Of a stretch of 64,000 nucleotides of DNA, positions 41,677 through 53,800 are shown in pieces. Position 1 is the first letter of the stretch; each line of letters starts with the position of its first letter. This DNA is from Hypanus sabinus. Taxonomy: Eukaryota. The notes below the pieces were generated by a model. That model was not told where the DNA came from, did no database searches, and was given only the letters and a program-made list of their open reading frames with translations. The stretch is taken from assembly GCF_030144855.1 (NCBI RefSeq), contig NC_082714.1:48546001-48610000 (forward strand), read 5' to 3'. The translations under genes and the position numbers were made by a program.

Positions 41677-42519
41677 TTAACGGTACTTGGAGCTCAATTC
41701 ATGAGCAAGCAACTCAAGGAATTTATCGACCGCACATTGAGTTGCAGGGGAGAATGCTGGCAAGTGAATGGCCAGGGTGACTGCGATACAATCAGCCAAC
41801 AGCTGTAAAAGTGAAAAACAAATAACATAAGACAGTGTTAATATGTGAATGAATTATTTTTCCCATTAAACAAGTGCTGCTTTCTTGTACTTTCACTGCT
41901 TTCCTATGTATCATGTATAATGTAGCAGGAAAAAGTATTCTCAGAGGAAGAAACTGTAAAATTGCTACATACCTGAAAGTTGTGAGGATCCACAAGAAGT
42001 TCTTCACCATGTTTCTTGGCAAGACTTTCCAGGTGTTTACTCAGGTTGTCCACGTTCTGGGCTGCATCCGCCACAGCCTTCATTACTAGGCAACCATGTT
42101 TTCTGACGGCTGGGTCAGAGGCTTTGTAGCCATTGAATTTCGGGAAGTACGTCTTAGCTTGGGGGTGGATCTCAAACAATCTTCACAAACATGGAAAATG
42201 AAGGCAGAAATTATTTGCAGACCCAATGTACACTACATCTCACAGGATTAAATCATGTTATTCTTCAGACCAACAATCACATTATTTTGGAAAAACTTCA
42301 ATTCTATGCAGCAAATGTCTTTGCATATTTATTAGTGGTCTCATTGTGCAAGGGAAGTGCAGAGAAATGTTAACGATTACAAATAATAGCTGAAAATGCA
42401 ATAGTTATACTACAGGAAAATTACCTGGCTAAAGCATCTGCTCCCCAAGCTTCAGCATTTGCCTTTATCTGGATGCCAAGTTCTTCTATGACCTGTTTGT
42501 TGGGGCCAGAGAGCACCAT
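41677..42519 (-). CDS. hba: Haemoglobin alpha-like chain (exons 42519-42425, 42180-41973, 41802-41677; 142 aa)
   Basis: Spliced translation MVLSGPNKQVIEELGIQIKANAEAWGADALAR-LFEIHPQAKTYFPKFNGYKASDPAVRKHGCLVMKAVADAAQNVDNLSKHLESLAKKHGEELLVDPHNFQ-LLADCIAVTLAIHLPAFSPATQCAVDKFLELLAHELSSKYR*. Has alpha hallmarks MVLS, P..KTYF, VDP.NF, DKFL and C-terminal KYR. Coding exons are 95/208/126 nt with GT-AG introns. Confidence 0.97.
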
Positions 42520-42586
42520 TGTTGCTGAGTTTTCACTTCTTCAGATCTCTCAATAACCAGGAGATGCCTCTGGCTTGACGTGTCTG

Positions 42587-42681
42587 TATTTATTGCCATT
42601 CACACAGAGCCACACCCACTCCACCCCACTTTTCCCATTGGTTGTGGGTCCTGATTCACGGTCTATGCAATCTAATGATAA
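42587..42681 (-). promoter_or_regulatory. Erythroid-type alpha-globin promoter
   Basis: Upstream of the ATG at 42519: AT-rich box AATAAATA (42587-42594, minus), CACCC-type boxes CACACCC (42611-42617) and CCACCCC (42621-42627), CCAAT (42637-42641, minus) and TGATAA (42676-42681). This is the usual globin promoter motif set. Confidence 0.75.
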
Positions 42682-43469
42682 GAGACAATAGGGAATAGAG
42701 AACCAGTTGTCTGTTTCACATACAACCGTTAGCAAAGATATCCTGTTCGAGAAGAGTTAAACTCTACCTGCATACATTTCATTTGATGCACACTTATAAA
42801 GGTTTAGTTTATTGTCGTATAAGTTATCAGTAAATGCACATTAATACTCATTAATCAATAAGCATTTCCAAACTAACCCTGATATAATAAGTTTAATTCA
42901 TTTTAATGTTATTTTGGGCTGGATCTTACATTGAATTCCCCCATTCAAGCTCATCCTCCTCCCCCTCAGTCTTTTTATTTCACAACTGTTTACCCCCAGT
43001 GTGCAGGAGACATGGTTTTCGAATACTCACTAAACACCTGCTGTGTACACTGCAGAGATACTGACTGGGCAAAACGAATTATAATGTACCCATATTGGAC
43101 CAGGAGATGTGTAGGTCCAGAATCATGTAACTAATGTGGCTGAAGGATTTGGTTACGCACAAGAATTTTGAAGGCGTAAGATGTGAGGATGGCTAGAGCA
43201 ACTTTGGAAAATTGGTCTGGAATTACATAGACATGGGAGAACTGAGCTGATGTTACAGGCACACTTAGAAAAGAAAGCTCAGCCACAATCTCAGCTGTGT
43301 TTAAGGTTACAGGCATAATCAAACAGTGCAAGGGAAGCAGATGAAGTCAGTGGTCTGATATTAGGCAAAGACAATGATTTTTTTCTTCACACAGTTCAGT
43401 TGGAGCAAAATCCCATTCAATCATTGCCAGACATCAACTAACCAGCATGACTGAGCAGAAGCGTTAGAG

Positions 43470-46400
43470 GAGTCAATGGAGTTGCAAAGAATCAGCATTA
43501 CGGAGTTGGAGCTGGAACTGCATGACCTTCAGATCATTCTGGATGCTGAAGGGATGATAGATAGGACATGAAGAGAAATAGTTACATCCCAAGCTGCAGG
43601 ACACAGGAAACTGGGTAACAGCCAGGAAGGGGAATGAGGTTTCAGAGCCAACACAGAGTAGCCTGTGGCCATCCCCCTCAACAACATGTTGGATGCTGTT
43701 TTGGACTATTTTTGGATGGTCTTTTGGATTTTTGCACTTTTGGATGCTGTTGGGGGTGGGGTTGACCGAACAGAGGAAAGTCATAGTGGTCGGGTCTCTG
43801 GCACTGAGGAATGGACAGGAAGTTCTGTGAGTGAGAACAAGATTTTTGGATGGTATGTTGCCCCCCAGCTGCCAGGGCCCAGGACATCTCAGATCAAGTC
43901 CTCAGCACACTTAAGTAAGAGGGTGAACTGCTAGAGGTTGTGGTCCATGTAGCTACGAATGACATGGGTAGGGTGTGTGATGAGGTTCTGCATATGGAGT
44001 ACAGGGAGTTTGATGCTAAATTAAAGGACAGGACCTCTAGGATTGTGATCTCAGGATTGCTACCCATGCCACATACTGGTGAGGCCGGAACTGGGAAGAT
44101 TATACAGTTTAATACACAGCTATAGAGTTGGTGTAGGAGGGAGGGCTTAAGATTTTTGGAATATTGGACTCTCTTTCAGAGAAGGTGGGACCTGAACAGA
44201 GGGGATGATTTGCATCTGAACTGGAGGGGGACTAATATCCTAGTGGGAAAGTGGTGTTTAAACTTGAGTTACAGGGTGTTTGGAACCAGAGTGCCAGAAC
44301 AGTTAATGGAAAGATCGTGGAGGCAGATGCTGGAAAGACCTCAGACAAGTTAGGAATCAAAAGGTCAGCATGGTGAAACTTGTGTCTTGAGCTGTGTATA
44401 TTTCAATGCAAGAAGTATCATAGGAAAGGTGGATGCTAGTGCTGAAGATGAGGTAGATGGTTTACAAAGAGAGGCAATGTGTAGTGAGGAGAGGCAAAAT
44501 TGGAGTGAACAACATGAGTTGCAATGTAAAAGGTGGACAAAATCAAAAGGGTGGAATACAGGACTGAAGGTGTTATAACTGAACATGCATTGTATACAGA
44601 ATAAGGTAGATCAGTGTTTCCCACTCTTTTTTAGCCAAATGCTCCCCTAAAGCACCTGCACACTTGTTAACATCCCTCTGAAGCAAAATATACTTTCTGA
44701 AGCCCCGTAGTGTAAAAAAATGTTCACCATATGCTAACATAAGAAAAATTATTCCACTTTAAATTTTTATTTAGCTTTATACCTAGCTTACAAATTACCT
44801 GAGCACTGTACAGTAACTTCAATATTAATGTGATCCTTGAGCTTGATGGTTTTTAGTAAGAGTTGAAATGACTGGTTCACGTTGTGACAGTAAATGCCTT
44901 AAGTCCCCATGTGTAACAATGTCCAAATGGTTTCTGTTTTTTTGTGAGTATGTGGTTCACTGCACTGAAGCCTCTTTCAACAAGGCAGGAGGATGGAAAT
45001 GTGATTAAGAGCAGTTTGGTTTTTCTCCAAAGACCAGGAAACTTCATATGACAGTTTAGCCACGTACCACAAAAGCTGACATTTTTGAAAAGCATTTTTG
45101 CCTCTTCATCATTTGAATTTCAGTAATTTCTTCTTGCAAGCTCTCTTCCTGTTCTTCCACCTCGCAAAGCTATCAGTTAATTACTCAGTCTGGAATTTGC
45201 AGATTGTTCAAATCCTTGAATCCATTCTGAAAATCCTTCTTCAGTGACTAAAGGTATAGGGAATACACTTATAAATCACCATCTAGGAAAAGAGAGAGCC
45301 GCACTTCCCCTTCAGGGAAATTGTGAGAACATTCTTCTCCCAATGTTTTGCTTATATCTTTCCAATTTTCCAGAAAAGTGGACACTGCACTTTTTGTCTG
45401 GATTAAATTGAAATTCTCACCCTGCAGTTTCATATTTAGAATGTTCATTTTGTCATACAGATCGGCTAGGTATGCCACATCTCCGTGTAGAAGATCAATC
45501 TTGTTTCCTAAGCTCTTGTCGACTTTGAGCAAAAATTCAACCATAGTGCCAAAAAGATCAAAGAAGTGCCTTATCAGCAGCCTTCTGACAAGCAGTGCAC
45601 TTCAGCGTGATGAAGCAAGCATTCAAATTATTCATCGTTATCTTAGCCTAACTGTCAAAATATTCTGCTATTTAATGGATGAGCTTTAATTTTGTTGGTA
45701 GCAGACATTGCAAGGCCCATGCTTGAAAAATGTCACTGGCTGGGGTTTTTGGCTGTGAGGTGTTGATGATGAATTACACAATGGATTACAAACAGACTTG
45801 GAATTTCTTTATTCATAAATGCCACACCACCCAGCATGGTGACCTGTCATAGATGGTGCTCTGTTTGTTGCACAAGAGATCGTGGTCCCTATTGGAATAC
45901 TTCCATCCTCAATATACATTTTAGCTTGTCATAGGTTGATCCTCTGTTATTTGTTTTTAACTTTTTACAAAGGAGAATCTCTTCTTTGCATTTTTGGTAA
46001 ACTGTACATATGCCATTAGCAATGCCTCATCGTCTCACACAGTTGACTCATCCAGTTGCATCCCAAATTCTGTTTTCTGTAGTTCTGTGCACAGTTGATA
46101 TACTCAATGACTTCTTCAATACGATGAACTACTGTGTTACTTCTCAGAGGAATTGATTTTAAAATGCTGGTATCCGTCGTGAGAACAGTGGTGCGCATTT
46201 CTGATACAGCAGGCATTATTAATCTCTCACCAACTGTATGAGATTTTCTACACTTTGCTATCATTTTGGAAATGCTATAAGAAGCAATGAGACCACAATC
46301 AAAGTAATTGAATCTGAATGTTAGTTGGGATAGAGCTGGTGTTCAGCAAGTTACCTACACAGTCAGCACAATTGACCAATCACATAAGGTCTCATAATTG

Positions 46401-48180
46401 CTAAAGATGGTTCTTGACCACACATATGAAAACAAGGTCACTTTGAATATCTCAGGAGGAATCCTTTGGGTCAGTATTTTCATTGATTGGCTCTATTACA
46501 TCATTTGCTTCTGGCCAGCACTGAATTGTTGCGTGACCTGTACTTGGCTTACTAATTGTTAAAGTGCATGAACTCATTCCGTGCTAAGAGTCTAGAGGAA
46601 CTGGTGGGCAAAATGGTTGTTAATTTATGCATTCCCAATAACATCTGTTTGGTTGGTAAGGTCAGATGAGATTGTGTTACGATGACGTGTGCTCACTGCC
46701 TGCAGAGCTATGATTCTACCCGTGTTCCAGTGCCTCATCCTTTATTTTTGCAAGTGCCTGCTCTACAAATGGTTGATCAGGTCTTGTGTTTCAAGTAAGA
46801 GTACCGCTTACCACCTCCCCAAGAAACTTGAATGCCTCCCAGCGATTTCTATTTCCCCTAACACCCCCTTAGAACTGTCTCCTTAGGGGCGGTATCACTC
46901 CTGTTGGGAATCACTGAGGTAGATGAATTTGTAGCATTGTTACAGACTGGCATGAATGAAAGTACAGGCAGGAAGGCAGAGGGGTGGACTTTGTTCTGTT
47001 GGTAAAAAATGGAATCAAACCATTAGAAAGAAGAGGCATTGGGTTAGAAGGGGTTAAATCATCATGGATAGAGCTAAGGAACTGCAACTTTAAAAAGACC
47101 CTGATGGGAGTTGTATACAGACGCCAAACATTAGCAAGAATGTGGTCTACAAATTACTACAGGAGATAGATAAATGCATGGCAAAAGGGCAATGTTACAA
47201 TAGTCATGGGGGATTTCAATATGCAGGTAAATCGGGAAAATCAGGTTGGTGCAGGATTTCAAGAGGGGGAATTTCTTGAATGCCTATGAGATGGCTTTTT
47301 AGAGCGGATCATGGCTCAGTCCACAAGGGGATCAGTTATTCCAAATTGGGTGCTGTGCAATGAACCAGAATTGATTAGAGAGCTCAAGGTAAAAGATCTT
47401 TTAGGGACAAGTGATTATATTATGATCGAATTCACCCTGAAGTTTGAGAAGGAGATGCTAATGTCTTATGTATCAATACTACAGTGGAGTGAAGTGAATT
47501 ACAGAGACATGAGGGAGGAGTTAGCCAGTACTGATTGGAAGAGAACACTGGCAGGGATGATAATAGAGCAGTAATAACTGGAATTTCTGGAAGCAATTTG
47601 GAAGGCACAGGATATGTACATCCCAAAAAGGAACAAGTATTCTAAAGGAAAGATGACACAACCATGGCTAATAAGAGCAATCAAAACCAATATAAAAGCC
47701 AAAGAGAGGGAATATAATAGAGCAAAGATTATTGTGAAGCTAGAGGATTGGGAAGCTTTTAAAAACCAACAGAAGGTAACTAAAAGTTATTAAGAAGATC
47801 GTAATGGATTACGAGAGTAAGCTTATAATTTTAAAGAAGATACCAAAAGTTTCTTCAAATACATAAAATGTAAAAGAGAGGTGAGAATGGATATCCTCAT
47901 CCTTTTAGAATGGAGGTGAGGAAAAATTTCCTAGGCCTGAGAATGGTGAATCAGTGGAATTCTTTGTCACGGACAGCTGTGGAAGCCAATTCTTTATATA
48001 TATTTAAGGCAGAGGATGATAAATGCTTGATTGGTCAGGGCATGAAGGGATATGGGGAGAAGGCAGGTGATTGGGGCTGAGAGGAAAATTGGATCAGCCA
48101 TGATGAAATTGCAGAACAGACTTGTTGGGCCAAATGGCCTAATTTTGCTCCTATATCTTATGGTGTTATGGTCTTATGAT
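43470..48180 (+). mobile_element. Rearranged CR1 LINE (ORF1 esterase, APE, 3' end), interrupted by a hAT element
   Basis: ORF1 SGNH-esterase-like motifs VHVATND and D.LHLNWRG; ORF2 start YFNARSI and MGDFN; RT deleted near 47895; TTATGG-type tail at 48158-48180. Confidence 0.85.
44612..46916 (-). mobile_element. hAT (Buster/Charlie-type) DNA transposon relic
   Basis: TIRs CAGTGTTTCCCA / TGGGAATCACTG; perfect 8-bp TSD AGGTAGAT (44604-44611, 46917-46924). Transposase fragments IAKCRKSHTVGERLIMPA, IPL.SNTV..RI, AYLADL...N.LN.KLQG and FPSSCLVERGFSAV. Confidence 0.93.
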
Positions 48181-50329
48181 CACCTCACTACTCTGTACAC
48201 CCCATCAAACAGAAGATACAAAAACTTAAAAACTTGTATCACCAGATCCAAGGACAGATTCTGTCCCACTGTTATAAGATTCTTGAATACACCTCTAGTA
48301 TGATAAAGATGAACCTTCGATCTCACAATCTACCTCATTATATATCTTCAACCTTATTTGCATACCTGTAACATTATATTCTCTATTCTTTTGTTGTTTT
48401 TTTTCCTTTTAGAACAAAGAACAGTAACAGAACCTTTGCCACATTATGTCTTTGCCAAATCAAATTCATCTCTACAGCCTGCACATGGTCATTTTCCTGC
48501 ACAGGCATGTCATGTTCTATCTAAAAGCATCTTGTATGCCACTACAGTAACTGCTACTATCCCCAGCAGTGTGTTCCAGACAAAAACCACTCTATGTGCA
48601 AAAACATGCCTTGAACATCCAGTTTATATTTTCCCTCTCTGACTTGAAAGCTATGCACTCTAGTTTCCAATATTTCTAAGCTGGGAGAAAGGTTCTGGCT
48701 CACTACCATATCTATGCTTTTCATGAGCTGATTAAACTCTAAAGTTCTCCCCTCAGCCTCCTTCGCCTGGAGGAAACAATCCAGGTGATTTCACCTCTCC
48801 TTATAGCTAATGCCGCTAATCCAGGCAGTGTCATTGCAAATCATTTCACCTACTCTCTGCAATACCTCAGTATCCTTCCTGTAATGATGACAACCAGTAT
48901 TCCACACAACCTTCCAAATATAATCCAACCAGGGTTTGACACCTTGATGGACTAACATTTTGAACGATCTGTCTGGATGGCATGCAAATGAATGCTTTAC
49001 ACAATTATCTCAAATTTCAAAAGTTCCAAGTTCCAAGTACATTTATTATCAAAGTATGTGTTCATTTTATGTCCTTGGGATTGATCTCCTTACAGGCAGC
49101 CACAAAAGAAATAACCCCAAAAGAACCCATTAAAAAGAATTCTGTCAAACACCCAAAGTGGAGAGAGAAACACAAGTCATGCAAACAATAAGCATAAGCA
49201 AATAGTATTCTGAACTGAATTCCATAAAGAGAGCCCATTTGATGACCCTTCATTCAGTGTAGAGCCGAGTAAACATCATGAGCAATGAGCTAAACTGGTC
49301 TGTCCCTCACTTTGGGTCCCAACACCCTGAATTTTTTAAATCTTGTCTGGTGCCTAAGTCGTTGTCCAGTCAATGATTTCAGTCACTTCAATATGCTATG
49401 GGGCCTGGACCCTACCACCTTGATTTGGCCTATACTCGAACTTCCCATTTGGGCCCGGCACTTAAATCGTCATTGGGTTCCATCACTTTGATACACTCTT
49501 GGGCCTGGACTCTGCCACCTTCATTCAGCCTGCACCCGATATTTCCAATTCGGCCCTGCGCTTAAAGTGATTGAACTTGGGTCTTCCTTGCTGTTGACAA
49601 GGGGCCAGCTGCCTCGCCTCACCTCGGTTCTGTCATATTGAATTGCCTCCAAGTCCAAAGTGAAGTTACATGCTATTGTTTGCAATAATCGTTGACTACA
49701 AAAAGAGTGATTAGCAAAGTATTTAGCTGTTTCATTGTCCACCAGCAAGAAGTCGTTGAGGTTCACCAGCACCATCTTAAATTGTCTCAGCACGTGACAA
49801 TAATAAACCCTTTATAATTATCCAACTAAATGCTGAAACAAAAAATGGTCAGTTGCATTCCACAATGTAACAACATCAGAAATAATGCCATAAAGTGAGA
49901 AATATTACAAATGGAAAATAATCTTAAATACAATAACTCAGCTGATAAGAGTTGCAGCACAACAGCTTCCATGATCCAGGTTGAATCCTGACCTCTAGTC
50001 CTGTCTCTGTGGAGTACGGACATTATCCATCTTCGGGGTGCTGTGGTTTCCACACACATCCCAACAACATGTGGGTAGCTTAATTGGCCACTGTAAATTG
50101 CCCTTAGTTCAGCTGGATGGTAGACTTGATGGAAATGTAAAACTAAACTATTTGAGAATGCATTGATGGGAAAATTAATCTAGATGGGAATTGACATGGA
50201 TTTGAAGGGGAAGCTGCTGTTTTTCTATGTCAGAAAAGAATGTAGAATAAATTTAGCAGTCTTTAAAGGACTGCTGTTTCTAAACATTTTTATAAAGATG
50301 GCTAGAAATAAGAAAGCTATAATAAAGTA

Positions 50330-50845
50330 CGAGGGGTGATTGCTAAGTTTGTAGCCTAAGGTAGAAGGAGTCAATTTTAGAAAACCTAGCACATTTATTT
50401 TTTAACATAGTCCCCTCCTACATTTACACACTTAGTCCTGCAGTTGTGGAGTATACCGATCCCCTCTTTGTAGAAGTCGGTGTCCTGGACTTCCAGAAGT
50501 GGTCAACAGCAGGGGTGATTGGTAAGTTTATGGCCTAAGGAGATGAGTTATACAGCTCTCGTTACATGCACATGCAGTTCAACTCTTTGAATGATTATAC
50601 AGATGGTTTGAAGTTAATAACTCATCTCTTTCTATCTTAAGCCACAAACTTATCAATCACCCCTGCTGTGGACCACTTCTGGAGGTCCAAAATGCCAACT
50701 TCTACAAAGAAGGGATCCTTATACTCCACGACCGCTGGACAAAGTGTGTAAATATAGGAGGGGACTATGTTGAAAAATAAATGTGCTAGGTTTTCTCAAA
50801 TTGACTCCTTCTACTGTAGGCCACAAACTTATCAATCACCCCTTG
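50330..50845. mobile_element. Palindromic mariner-derived MITE
   Basis: TA TSD (50328-29, 50846-47); inverted arms of about 220 bp starting CGAGGGGTGATTG; 50700-50780 encodes FYKEGILILHDRWTKCVNIGGDYVEK*, a mariner transposase C-terminus; absent at the paralogous site near 13545. Confidence 0.92.
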
Positions 50846-53800
50846 TATTTTTAATGAAACACAGCAAAAGCTTGGGTGAAAAGTAGCCATTAAAATTTCA
50901 ATTAAATTAATTCTAGTGGAATTCCAAAATTGCAGGAAAAGATGCAAAGGTGAGGGAAAGTGGACATCAAACTGTGGATGTAATGGCTATTTAACAATTA
51001 TGTCTTACGTCTGGATACCTGTCAGGAAGATCGTGATTATTATTAGACTTACTATGGATCAAGACTGAAGGTGAATTTTGAAAGGATCACCTGCTATTGA
51101 GTATTACATGGGATGACACAGAGGGACAGAGATATTCCGGAATATATCACGAATAGATTTACAAGATTGTATCATCAAATTAGTTCTTTTTTTCTAATTT
51201 CAAACATAAAAAGGTATTAAACCAGGGCATCAAAGTAAAGAAGGCAAGTGTGTCCTCTAGAGTAATGCTTTAAACATTTGGAAGTTCTCAATGTATAATC
51301 CACCATTTATAACTTTTCATCCTCTTACTGTTCTCCTTACCTGAGCATAAAATTGCATTGCAAAGACTAATAGGTAAACAACTGTGCAATGATCATTATC
51401 AGGGAAATTTAGTACAGAGTAATGCAAATTTGGAAGATGCAATTTAGAACATAGAACAGTACAGCACTGGAACAGGCCTCTGGTTTATAATGTGCTGAGT
51501 TAATTAAAATAATGATGCTTATAATGATAACAAATCCCTTCTGCTTTCACATTGTCCATATTTCTCCTACTTAGCAGTTTATTCCAAAATAACTCTATCA
51601 AAGGAAAGTAAAATATTGTGGATGTTGAAAGGCTGTAATAGAAAAAAGAGTTTTTGAGGTACTCAATAGGCCAGGCAGCCCAGGCAGGGAGAAACATATC
51701 AGTATCCTCTCATTAAAACTGGAAAAGTGTGAAAACAAGCTTCAGGTTTCAGTCTGAGGAGAGAACAGAGGGAGCATCTGAGCTAGAGTAACAAACATTT
51801 CTCTCCAGTATTCACAAATACTTAGATTCTTGGAGGAATATAGACAGAAAGATGAATGAAGATAATAGACAAATAAAATGGTGGAACTCTGAGATGTAAG
51901 AACTGCAGTTGTTGGAAAATTGAAGTTAAAGAGGATTTTGGAAATACTGGGAAGATCAGGGAGATCCAAAGAGAGAGAAAATCTGAGTGAATGCTATCAA
52001 ACTGACCAATTCTAGCATAAACAATGAAGACCAATTATCAGAATCTGTTGTATCTTGGAGGCTACAATTTGTCCGCGGGGAAGATGAGGGATTGTTCCTT
52101 GAGTTTATTTTGGGTTTGCTGAAACAGTATTCGTGGCCCCAGAATGAGAAATTATTCATTCAGTAGAAGTGAGGTGAAGAATTAAAATGAAAGGTAATTC
52201 AAAGGTTAGGTTCACCCATTCGATTGAATAGTGATAGTCTGCAAAGTCATCATCAATCTGCAGTTGGTTTCTCCAGTGTAGAAGAGACCACGTTGTAAAC
52301 ACTGGATTGGAAGATTGGAAAGAGAAATTGAAGTTCAAACTCACACAGGGTAATGAAGCCTTGAAAATTACTTTTATGTAGCAGAAGAGCAGTACATAGG
52401 AGGACAAAGACAAACTGCTGTCAGTATAAACTTGTGTTAACATAAATTATATGTTTGCACATGTGAAAATTATCCAACAAAGTAAACAATCCTAGTGCAA
52501 GATGGAGAGAGAAAAACAGTATTTCTTTCCTAATCTCAAATATATAATTATAACAGTCCTTCTGACTTTCCTTTCAAATATATATTGTACCATTGTATCA
52601 TTTGCTGTAACTTACTTTATTCTGCTGCAGAAATACACAGTTACGCACACCCACTTCTTTGTGCAATTTATTTAATATTGAAGCAATGTCTATTATCTCA
52701 CTTAGTGAAGGGTGTAATTATATAATATGTAACTTCAAATATTTTGTGAAATTACTTAAAGTTAATTAATGTATTGAGAAAACTGGTTTTATGATGAAAA
52801 CCTAATGTGATGTGAAAGCTGATTTAAATGCCTGATGTTATGAAAGCTTACAGTTATTTAGGATTCAGCTTGTTAAAACATTTGAGAAACTTGTTTGGGA
52901 TCATCAGAAGTACGGAGGTAGGGAGTGTAGACTATCTCGGTATCTCAGCTTTTTAGTGTGCATGTACATCTGCAGGTTTGAAAAGTGTGGGACAAAGGAT
53001 AAATACACTCAGTTTTCTAAGAACAACCTTCTTCAAGATAAAGAACTTGGCTTAAGATCGCAGGCAACAACATTCTCTCCATATAGGGCTACCTTCCAAT
53101 ATTTGGTACAATGATACAGCGAATTGCCACTGAACATTTGTTGATGAGTCATTGGAGCATTATCAGCTTTGAAGTGATGAAAAAGCACAATAGACCATTT
53201 CCAGAACACCCAAGTGCATGAGTCTTGCAGATGCATGATTGGGTACATCTCAGTTATCAACCACGTTCACATTAGTCCAGCCTTGAGCCAGTTGTGCACC
53301 ATCTGTCTATATTTGCAAACCAATTTTATCAGCACACCTTCATGATAGAGCTGAGGAAATTTTATTGTGCATGTTTGTTACCAATATATATTTAGTTTAA
53401 AGTGAGGCCCTCTATGGAAAATGAAGCAAATATAATTGAATTGAATTGATTATTTCTTTAAGTTATAGGTGATGGAGTAATCTTCAGTCTCTACATGGAC
53501 TGGTGAGAGATCCAAAGCAGAGAAGAACAATGGTGTAATTATGGTTGGGGTTGGGCAGGAAGATGTTAATGATGGGAAAGAGTTAAGTAATGAGCATGAC
53601 TGAGCAGAAATGGTTTGGATATTCACATGTTTATTAAGCATGGATGGTGGAGGTCTAGAAGACATAGATCTGATCTACGGACAAAAACGACACAGAAGAT
53701 GGACTCAGCAGCTGCCTGACTGGGGCTAAGATGGGGTTGGCTGGAAATGAAGACCTAATGGTCACAGGATGGATGAGGAAGCGATCTGACACCAAGGATG

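Noticed and set aside
43940-44260. Stand-alone SGNH/GDSL esterase gene
   Set aside because: It is the decayed ORF1 esterase domain of a CR1 element, directly followed by ORF2.
44877-46264. Domesticated ZBED/SCAND3-like gene
   Set aside because: Multiple frameshifts and stops, and bounded by TIRs and a TSD.
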